IMG/VR virus record: IMGVR_UViG_2974603165_000001
Span: 2,589-66,588 of that record
Reading direction: 5' to 3' (one strand)
From: a virus
Taxonomy: Duplodnaviria > Heunggongvirae > Uroviricota > Caudoviricetes
Length of the DNA: 64,000 nt
Below, piece by piece: positions 44,636-52,023 of the stretch (positions are counted from its first letter, which is position 1; every line of letters begins with the position of its first letter). The notes under the pieces are model-generated. The model was given only the letters and a program-made list of their open reading frames with translations, ran no database searches and was not told the origin of the DNA. A program made the translations under genes and the position numbers.

Positions 44636-46825
44636 TCAGTCGGACAATGCCGGGGCGAGTAGATTCAGCTTAACAGTTTGAGGGGTTGTCCAGTTATCCT
44701 GAACCAGACCGCCTGTGTCTCCACTGTTAGGGTTGTAACACCAGTAGCTGTAAGAAATTCCTTTCTTCCCTGCTGCCAGGTCACGAACACCGTCGCCGTT
44801 AAAGTCGCCGTTCCAATAAGTGATCAGATTACTGAGCCATTGCTTCTCGTAAGTCGCATGAGGTTTGGTCAGGTTTCCAGATCCGTCAACACCGAAGTGT
44901 CCACCGAACTCTCCTACCCAAACTGGCGCAATATTCTGTGTGAAGATGTAGCCCCACATTGGTTCCCAAACACCGTACAGGTTAGAAGGCCAGTTCGCCG
45001 GAGGGGTCTGGTTATCATAAGCCAGCCAAGACTGACTTCCAACGCTTTGTCCATATTCGTGAGGGCTGTAAGCCACACGGTTAGGCTGCGTCAGAGTAAC
45101 CGGACGTGATGCAACACCTTGAAGTTGACCGCCCCACCAGTAGCTGACGTTGTTGTACTGACCGACACCTTCAACGAAGATGATCCAATCGGTAGTCACT
45201 GCGTGGATTGCGTTACCTGCTTGTTCAGCATAGCTCGCCCACGTTGACCAATCCAGATCGTGCGGTTCGTTATGAACGTCTGCCCCGATAACGTTGATTG
45301 CTGACTTGTAGCGTGTCGCAAGTTTCGTCCAAGAGGAAATCCACTGACTCAATGTGTAGCTTCCGTCAACCGGAGAGCCATCTGCCCCATCTCCCGCTGT
45401 ACGACGGTGGTGATCAAGGATAACATAAATCTCTTTCGTGTTGCAATAGTCGATGATGAGATCCAAGATCTCCAACGCCGTCTTGCCTACAAACTCAGAG
45501 TTTACTTCCCAATCGACTGCCGCTGTTGGTGGGTAAGGGTTGTTCTGCACCACCTCACCAGATAATGGGATACGGATCGTGTTGAATCCGAATGTCTTAA
45601 TCTGATCGATGATGTCTTTCCAGTAACGAGCACCGAGCCATGTTCCGTGAGGAGTATAGTTCGTACCTTCCATACCAAACCAGTTTACAGATTTGATGCG
45701 GAAATTCTCAGAAGTCTGGGTTGTTACAAACTGGTTTCCAGATGTCACCAGGCGCTGTAGTCCAACAACTGGGGCTGCTTCACCTACACCAGAAAGCGCA
45801 ACAGTCAATGAAGCTGCATGTCCGATTGTAGTGATCGCCAGGTTGCCAGAGACAATACCTACCGATTGTGGATTGAACACGATTGCCACGTCCGCAGTTT
45901 TGCGTGGGGCGATCACTGTTCCCGTTTGAGCGCTTCCAGAGGCAAGACTGTAGCCTGTAGGCAGCGTCAGTGTACCAATGGTCACATTCACATCTGTGTC
46001 GTTACTGATGGTCACAAGTTTACTCGCTGTTGGTGTTCCAACAATCGAAGAACCAAATGCCATAGTTAACGGAGAGATTGTTACACTATCAGCGGATTCT
46101 GTCAATACAGCATCAGAGATAGAGATGATAATGCCAACCGGAGGAATTTCAGAAGCATCGACGGTGATATCCTCGACAGAGACAGTCATGATGTAGCCTG
46201 TGTTCTCTTCATCGGAGGTGTAAACCAGTCGGGAGATCCCGCCTTGAGTGGTCTTTGTTTTATCAGCATTAACAGAGGAGAACCCAAAGGTGTCATCGTC
46301 TCCATTAAAACCGAATGCCCTTCCGTATGACTCAATCAAACGTAAGTGCGTTGGAAGAGGAAGCATGTCCTTGATTTCTTCAAGCAGGTCTTCCAGCTTG
46401 AAACAGGTTGACATTACATGGATGTCAACACGGTAATTCTCACCCTTCCAGGTGGTAAAGTTTTGGTCACCAAAGAGTTGACGGAGAGTCTGGATCACTT
46501 CCGGGCGTGTACCGTGCTTTGATGCACTCGCCAAAAGGATAGTGATCTGAGCACGATAGCTGTCATCGCCCATTCCGTTTCTGTCAACACCAAGTTGTCT
46601 ACCGATCTCATCCAGGTTCATGTACGTGGCGTTTGCCAGTAAACGACCCTCAGACAGCTTGACTAACATCTCATCAATCGCTTTAAGGCGATTCAGATAC
46701 ACACTTAGAAAAGTGGTGAGATTTTCCTTATCACGAAGGAAATCTCCAGGTAGGTAGTCAAGACCGTCTTGGACAAAATCTGGCAGCACATGAATGTGGT
46801 TGACATCCTGTAATGTATCTGCCAT
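44636..46825 (-). CDS. baseplate wedge-type subunit fused to Ig-like domain and GH5 endoglucanase
   Basis: N-term LD.IG..LG..R....D..YR..I (DUF2612-like); C-term VNWFGME..PHG, GFNTIRIP, LDHH, NEPH, YSPHEYG, GEFGG, YWCYNPNSGDTGG. Confidence 0.93.
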   Translation of the reverse strand: MADTLQDVNHIHVLPDFVQDGLDYLPGDFLRDKENLTTFLSVYLNRLKAIDEMLVKLSEGRLLANATYMNLDEIGRQLGVDRNGMGDDSYRAQITILLASASKHGTRPEVIQTLRQLFGDQNFTTWKGENYRVDIHVMSTCFKLEDLLEEIKDMLPLPTHLRLIESYGRAFGFNGDDDTFGFSSVNADKTKTTQGGISRLVYTSDEENTGYIMTVSVEDITVDASEIPPVGIIISISDAVLTESADSVTISPLTMAFGSSIVGTPTASKLVTISNDTDVNVTIGTLTLPTGYSLASGSAQTGTVIAPRKTADVAIVFNPQSVGIVSGNLAITTIGHAASLTVALSGVGEAAPVVGLQRLVTSGNQFVTTQTSENFRIKSVNWFGMEGTNYTPHGTWLGARYWKDIIDQIKTFGFNTIRIPLSGEVVQNNPYPPTAAVDWEVNSEFVGKTALEILDLIIDYCNTKEIYVILDHHRRTAGDGADGSPVDGSYTLSQWISSWTKLATRYKSAINVIGADVHNEPHDLDWSTWASYAEQAGNAIHAVTTDWIIFVEGVGQYNNVSYWWGGQLQGVASRPVTLTQPNRVAYSPHEYGQSVGSQSWLAYDNQTPPANWPSNLYGVWEPMWGYIFTQNIAPVWVGEFGGHFGVDGSGNLTKPHATYEKQWLSNLITYWNGDFNGDGVRDLAAGKKGISYSYWCYNPNSGDTGGLVQDNWTTPQTVKLNLLAPALSD

Positions 46826-46835
46826 GCTATCCCCA

Positions 46836-48335
46836 TTAAGTAATCTGTTGGAACAGGATGTTTGTCGTGTCGAGAGCAAACACTTCACGCATTCCCAATG
46901 TAACGTCCGCAGTGGTGTACGCAGTCGTTGGTTCAGAAGCCTTCTTCACTTGAGCCACAAGCTGTGTGAAGCGCCCTGCTGCCAACGATCCGGCTACAGC
47001 AGCGATCAACTGGATGTTGTACAGAGTATCAGCAATGCTGAGTCCGTCTGTCATCGTCTTAATCGCTGAACGAATTGAATCCTGTTCGGTGGATGAAAGC
47101 GTCTTACCCTGGTATTTGATCAGGATGTTGTAGTTAGTCGCTGCCGCTTTACTGTGGTAAATACGCTCAACACCATCATCTTCTGTGGTGATATCATAGA
47201 ACGTGTTTCCGTAAGTGGCGTTTGACAACGCAATCGTGTTGTAAAGTGCTTTGCTGATCTCCTCGGTCACACCGCCGTAAACAACTGTCTCGAACTTGTA
47301 TTTCGGGACGCCGTATTGGTCACGTTGGTCGGTGTTGTTCGCGAAAATCTTAACCTTCTGGACACCATCCACATTCAGCAGTGCCGAGATAACCGCAGGT
47401 CTTGTGGCTTTGGATGCCTCTGAGGTGATGGAGGATGCACGAAGTTTGTATTCGTTATCCGTCTCAACATCTGTACCAGATGCAAAGGACTCTGAGTTGT
47501 TCAGAGACAGGAAGCCGCTTGGTGTAGGGGAGATCTGTGTAACTGTGTTCTCTTCACGAGACAGTACGCCAGCCTCTACCGCAACAACCTCAAAGGATAA
47601 CGTCCTTGTTCCCACAATAGGTGAGGATCGGAAGTCGATACGACTGTTCAGACCAACAAACTCCTTAGCGGAGTTGTAACCAATGTACAGTGCTCCAGCG
47701 GCGGAGTCAATGTAAATCAGGTCAGAGTTTAAGTCTGTTGTGTTCGTAACGATAAAGTCTTTGATTGAGGACAGGAACGTGTTAAGTTCTGCTGAACCGG
47801 GTGTTTTGTTACGCAGTGTCAGAGACAAGCTCTTCATTGCATTGTCTGCTGAACTCAGGATCTGGAAGGTGTATTTACCCAGAACCAAATCGGAGTTGAG
47901 GATCTGCTGTGCAACAACGGAGCCTGCTACGGTTGCGTTACCAGTCAGTACGAATGTTCCGTTGTCAACGGTGAAGGAATCTGGTGTGTAGATAAGGTTG
48001 TATGGAACAGTGGTGTTCACTGTCATCTCAATCGTACCTGTGCTCTTGGTCTTACCGCGACGATAAATACCACGACGGCCCAGAAGCTCGTCAAGGTAGA
48101 TACCTTCGGCACCCGCCAGAGTCCCAGAGGTGAAGATCGCTGCTCCAAGCAGGATCAGTTGATATTCACGTTCATTCAGGATCGTTGTCAGCTTGTCGAT
48201 CACAGAGTTTGACTGGGTGTTGAAGGTTTCCCCGAAAGCGGCGATCAACATTGTCTTCGTGTCGGAGATCAGTGTATCAAGTGCGGGAACCTTGAAGCCG
48301 TAGTCGTTCAAACCATAGGTGTTTTGATCGGCCAC
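46836..48335 (-). CDS. baseplate J-like wedge protein
   Basis: G..LD....GI.R, G.DVETD.EY..R, AL..VDGV..V..F.N motifs. Confidence 0.9.
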   Translation of the reverse strand: MADQNTYGLNDYGFKVPALDTLISDTKTMLIAAFGETFNTQSNSVIDKLTTILNEREYQLILLGAAIFTSGTLAGAEGIYLDELLGRRGIYRRGKTKSTGTIEMTVNTTVPYNLIYTPDSFTVDNGTFVLTGNATVAGSVVAQQILNSDLVLGKYTFQILSSADNAMKSLSLTLRNKTPGSAELNTFLSSIKDFIVTNTTDLNSDLIYIDSAAGALYIGYNSAKEFVGLNSRIDFRSSPIVGTRTLSFEVVAVEAGVLSREENTVTQISPTPSGFLSLNNSESFASGTDVETDNEYKLRASSITSEASKATRPAVISALLNVDGVQKVKIFANNTDQRDQYGVPKYKFETVVYGGVTEEISKALYNTIALSNATYGNTFYDITTEDDGVERIYHSKAAATNYNILIKYQGKTLSSTEQDSIRSAIKTMTDGLSIADTLYNIQLIAAVAGSLAAGRFTQLVAQVKKASEPTTAYTTADVTLGMREVFALDTTNILFQQIT

Positions 48336-48378
48336 CTTCGCCTCCTTTTCAATTTGTCAAGAGTAATAACATGTTGCT

Positions 48379-48407
48379 ATTTTATCATACAGGGTATTGA
48401 TTTGCAA
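48379..48407 (-). promoter_or_regulatory. extended -10 promoter
   Basis: TTGCAA-17-TAAAAT with TG at -15/-14. Confidence 0.6.
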
Positions 48408-48408
48408 C

Positions 48409-48429
48409 AAAACCCGCCGAAGCGGGTTT
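48409..48429 (-). terminator. intrinsic terminator
   Basis: AAACCCGC-TTCG-GCGGGTTTT. Confidence 0.75.
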
Positions 48430-48432
48430 GTA

Positions 48433-48966
48433 TTAGTTGGTAGCCCAAGTGTTGTACCAAGTGCTGTCGCCAGGACGAGGTAAACGGAAGTTGACGAGGT
48501 AATACAGTTTGTTAGACCAAGATACCCAGCCATCTTCTCCACACAGGGAGGAAGGTGTTGTCGCGTCATCAGGGTTTGGATAGAAGTAAGCGTCTGAACT
48601 TCCCATGAAGGCAATGCGAACAATTTCCTGCTCCACTGTCAACACTTCGAAATACGCCTCATAAGAACGACCAGTCCTGTCCATTGTGGAACTGAAATCA
48701 TTGATAGAGAGCACATCGCTTTCCAGACGGGTAATCTCCTTGATTTTGTTGTCAAGGATCGTCTTCATCACTTTCTGACCTAAGTACGTTCGGTACGGGA
48801 ACCCAATGGTCTCATCGAAGTACCAATCACCTTGCCAGATATTGAAGCGTAGATAAAGTCTTTGACGTAGACTCACTACGTTTGTGTCAATCAACTGCAA
48901 CCCGCTGGAGACATCTAAGTCTCCAGTTACTGGGTCAAGAAGAAGGTCACTAAATAAGGTTGACAT
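48433..48966 (-). CDS. baseplate wedge protein (gp25/gpW-like)
   Basis: DL.LD..TGDL, LRQRL..R.....G.WYFD...G.PY. Confidence 0.8.
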   Translation of the reverse strand: MSTLFSDLLLDPVTGDLDVSSGLQLIDTNVVSLRQRLYLRFNIWQGDWYFDETIGFPYRTYLGQKVMKTILDNKIKEITRLESDVLSINDFSSTMDRTGRSYEAYFEVLTVEQEIVRIAFMGSSDAYFYPNPDDATTPSSLCGEDGWVSWSNKLYYLVNFRLPRPGDSTWYNTWATN

Positions 48967-48977
48967 CGTTTAGTTCC

Positions 48978-49679
48978 TTATGTATTAGGTGCCTGAGTGG
49001 TTCCAGTGCCTGCTGGGTCAGTCCAAGTGTAGTTGTGACCGTGGCGTTTAAACCATGCGTAGAACTCGTCGAGGTTGGTTCCGCTCTTGGTAATCACGTT
49101 CCCATCTGGGGTTACTTTCGCACCGTTCATGTCAAAGTTTCCATCGGTCTGGGCTGTGAACTTTGCAGCGCCGTTGTCGAATGTCCACACCCCGGCCTTG
49201 TCTACCTTCAAAGTTCCAACCGGGCCAGTCAGTGTGTAATCACCTTCCGGGGTTAGGCTGAAATGAACTTTGTCGTTCCACAGCTCAACGTTGTCAGGAT
49301 CGATTGCGATTGCGTTTCCATCCGAGAAGATCTGAGATACCGCCCAACCTGCAAACAGGCCGTGGGTGGACATATCAGTCTTGCTTCCTTCGTTACGTTC
49401 AGAGAAGGACAAACCAACCTGGTCACCTGCTTTGATGGGCATAGTCAGTCTTGCCTTACCTGCATTACCTGACGGCATCTGCAATGGGACATCAAAGACT
49501 GCCGGGTAAGCATCAATAGTCCCGTCTGAGAACTCAGTGCTGGCATTCGGTTGCACCGTCACTGACGGCACACTGTAATCCACATCCACCACCGTTCCTC
49601 TGACGTTGGTATGAAATTCACGAAGGGTCTTGTTAATAAACAGACCCATCGCTGCATCCAATCTTTGTACGACTGCCAT
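48978..49679 (-). CDS. baseplate central spike (Gp138/gp45-like)
   Basis: DVP...P......LT.PIKAGD.V.L.FSER OB fold; HGHNY..T..P metal-binding tip. Confidence 0.85.
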   Translation of the reverse strand: MAVVQRLDAAMGLFINKTLREFHTNVRGTVVDVDYSVPSVTVQPNASTEFSDGTIDAYPAVFDVPLQMPSGNAGKARLTMPIKAGDQVGLSFSERNEGSKTDMSTHGLFAGWAVSQIFSDGNAIAIDPDNVELWNDKVHFSLTPEGDYTLTGPVGTLKVDKAGVWTFDNGAAKFTAQTDGNFDMNGAKVTPDGNVITKSGTNLDEFYAWFKRHGHNYTWTDPAGTGTTQAPNT

Positions 49680-50671
49680 TATTCCTCCACCGTTCCACCA
49701 CGGGTTTCTGATAGACCAAGCTCCGTGATCCAATCACCACCTTCGAGAGAACCTTTGTGTGTCAGGTAGACAACCTTGTAAAAGCCTGTATACTTATCAC
49801 TCTTGAGGTAGACCGTGCTTTCGGGTAAGATCGCACCATTCAGTTCTGTGGTGACGACCAGCCCCGCATCCTCTTTGATTTCAGCAGCGGTCTTTTGGTG
49901 GGGTTTGGATGTTGAAGCCTTCTTGTTCTTTTTCTTCTCCAAGCGGCGCTTGGCTGGTTCCGGGTTCTGCGGAGTAGGGGAGTCGTGCATCCCTGTCTCA
50001 GCGCTGATCTCGTAGACAGACTGCTTGAATCGCTTACCCTGCTTTGTCCAATAGACGGCACCATCTTGAACACTGAAAGTTGATCCAGTGTTAGCTGCCA
50101 ATTTGTCAAGATTGGTGGCGGCGTTGCCAGAGAAGGCCATTGCCTGGGTGGTAGTCTCTGCCCCGAAAGGAATGATCTTACCTTTGGGTAATTTCAGATC
50201 AGAGATTAGATCGTTCAGAATGACATCCATAGATGTCCCTTTGCGATACGATCTGGAACTCTTTGCTGTCAAGAGATTTGTTGTCGCGTCACCCAAAATC
50301 ATTTTGGTTTGACGTGTGTGTCCTTCCCACTTATCTTGGACGAACTCAACCGTACCGGAGAATAAGGTTTTGTTGTCGCCGTCAAAACCTGCTTCAAGGA
50401 CGATAGCTAATGATTCTCGTTGGTTTGCATCGAGGTAGCTAACTGTGTCATCGGAGAGGTTGTAGATGGTGACATAACCCTTATTGGGTTCCTTTGAGTT
50501 ATCTTTCTTCAACTCGAAGTCGATATTCGCAGGGCCATTCTCATTGCTCACAACGTAAGCGTTGTTTTCACCGCCCTTGTTCACATAAGAGGCGATGTTC
50601 GTGGCATTGTCACCAATGTAGACTGGCTTGCCGATTGTTAGTTTGTAAGTTCTGACCCTGTACTTTGCCAT
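49679..50671 (-). CDS. baseplate hub protein
   Basis: F...K......N.G.V.IYNLS, LEAGF, LFSG.V; position. Confidence 0.8.
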   Translation of the reverse strand: MAKYRVRTYKLTIGKPVYIGDNATNIASYVNKGGENNAYVVSNENGPANIDFELKKDNSKEPNKGYVTIYNLSDDTVSYLDANQRESLAIVLEAGFDGDNKTLFSGTVEFVQDKWEGHTRQTKMILGDATTNLLTAKSSRSYRKGTSMDVILNDLISDLKLPKGKIIPFGAETTTQAMAFSGNAATNLDKLAANTGSTFSVQDGAVYWTKQGKRFKQSVYEISAETGMHDSPTPQNPEPAKRRLEKKKNKKASTSKPHQKTAAEIKEDAGLVVTTELNGAILPESTVYLKSDKYTGFYKVVYLTHKGSLEGGDWITELGLSETRGGTVEE

Positions 50672-50672
50672 C

Positions 50673-51035
50673 TTACGCGTCCTCGTCCTCGGTGTCAAGG
50701 TTCTCTTCAAGGGTTACGTAAACCATTTGAAGCTCTGACATGTATCCGATATTATAACGCCCCACACGCTTCTTGATGTCTGTGAAAGACACAACCATCA
50801 ACTTGCCGGAGGGGATATTTTCCAGGTATTGGTAGGGCTTGAAGACATCCACGAAGGCGGTCAACTTGAAGGAGATGGTTGGGTCTGAACCCACATCACC
50901 AAAGTAGACAAGCCACGATTCGTCTCTCTCGTTCCACTGGAAACGCATTTCATACGTCTGGCTGTCCAACACCACACGCATAATTTGGTCTGCGTAACCG
51001 TCAATATCCCATGTAAAAGTGATCTCGTTCGCCAT
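50673..51035 (-). CDS. baseplate protein
   Basis: V.LD...Y..RF.WNER..W pattern; position. Confidence 0.7.
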   Translation of the reverse strand: MANEITFTWDIDGYADQIMRVVLDSQTYEMRFQWNERDESWLVYFGDVGSDPTISFKLTAFVDVFKPYQYLENIPSGKLMVVSFTDIKKRVGRYNIGYMSELQMVYVTLEENLDTEDEDA

Positions 51036-51044
51036 TTAATTTCC

Positions 51045-51938
51045 TTACGGTAAAGCGTTTCCGTTCAGATCAAGGAATTTACCATCTGAGGTGTAAGTCC
51101 CCACCTTCTGCAAGCTGGTAGTCTTATCTTCTGTTCCGAGAACGTTGGAAACTTTCTGATAACCTTCCGCAGAATCTCCGATGAAGATCGTTCTCTTCTG
51201 CATGATGTCAGCTTCTTGCTGAGTTGTTGAACTGTTGACAGCACCCTTTTGCTTCGTTCCAGATTTCTTTGCATCTGAGAAGTTCGTCGCCAGGACTGTC
51301 TTTCCCAAGATGAAGGTACGGAACTCAGTGAACTCCAGTTGGAACACTAAAGCATCGCCTTCTTCGCTCGAACGATCCGCTGTCATTGACGTGCAGATGT
51401 AGTTCTCCAGGATGATATCTTCGGTGACTAAGGTCACCAGTTCACGGTCACTGATCATCTTGTTCAGTGCATCCAGCGCCTTTTGAGGTCGTTTGGATTG
51501 CATAGGGTTGTTTGAGTCAGTATCTTTGTCGATGTAGTTGTTCTGGATCAGATACATCGGTGAACTGTTAACCCTTGCTGTGAATGAGAACTTGCCGTCG
51601 TCAATGACTGCATGGTCAGAGTAGTTGACTTTATTCTCAGCCGCGTATTGCGTCTTGCTCACACTTCTGCTATAACTATGGGTATCAACAACGTCAAAGA
51701 TGATCGCGAGGTCAGTAGACGTGTTCTTATTTTTAAGCTCTACGTCTCGTCCTCCGTGGTTGAGTCCACTGGCAAATAAGGTGTAGGTAACGTTGTTTGC
51801 GGTTTTAGCGGCATCATCACGTTTGGTGTAAAGATTACTCGTGCTGTCCTTGGTCTTCAAGGTGCTGGTCGAGATCTTCATATTCTCTTCGGCAGCAATC
51901 TTATTGATTGCGTCCTGCATAGCTGTATAGTCTGCCAT
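51045..51938 (-). CDS. tail tube initiator/Dit-like baseplate protein
   Basis: follows tape measure; LVT......NY, F.L.F.E pattern. Confidence 0.7.
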   Translation of the reverse strand: MADYTAMQDAINKIAAEENMKISTSTLKTKDSTSNLYTKRDDAAKTANNVTYTLFASGLNHGGRDVELKNKNTSTDLAIIFDVVDTHSYSRSVSKTQYAAENKVNYSDHAVIDDGKFSFTARVNSSPMYLIQNNYIDKDTDSNNPMQSKRPQKALDALNKMISDRELVTLVTEDIILENYICTSMTADRSSEEGDALVFQLEFTEFRTFILGKTVLATNFSDAKKSGTKQKGAVNSSTTQQEADIMQKRTIFIGDSAEGYQKVSNVLGTEDKTTSLQKVGTYTSDGKFLDLNGNALP

Positions 51939-51967
51939 TTCAGCCTCCTGACTAATGGTTCATTACG

Positions 51968-51996
51968 ATTTTATCATAAATGAGTAGATAAAACAA
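51968..51996 (-). promoter_or_regulatory. extended -10 promoter
   Basis: TTGTTT-17-TAAAAT with TG. Confidence 0.55.
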
Positions 51997-51997
51997 C

Positions 51998-52020
51998 AAA
52001 AAAGGGGCCGAAGCCCCTTT
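51998..52020 (-). terminator. intrinsic terminator
   Basis: AAAGGGGC-TTCG-GCCCCTTTTTT. Confidence 0.8.
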
Positions 52021-52023
52021 GAG

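Noticed and set aside
42204-46825. Cellulase genes as contamination or misassembly from a bacterial genome
   Set aside because: GH5 is fused in frame to a baseplate domain, genes are tightly coupled with phage-style RBS and terminator, and signal peptides are absent; read-level confirmation is still advisable
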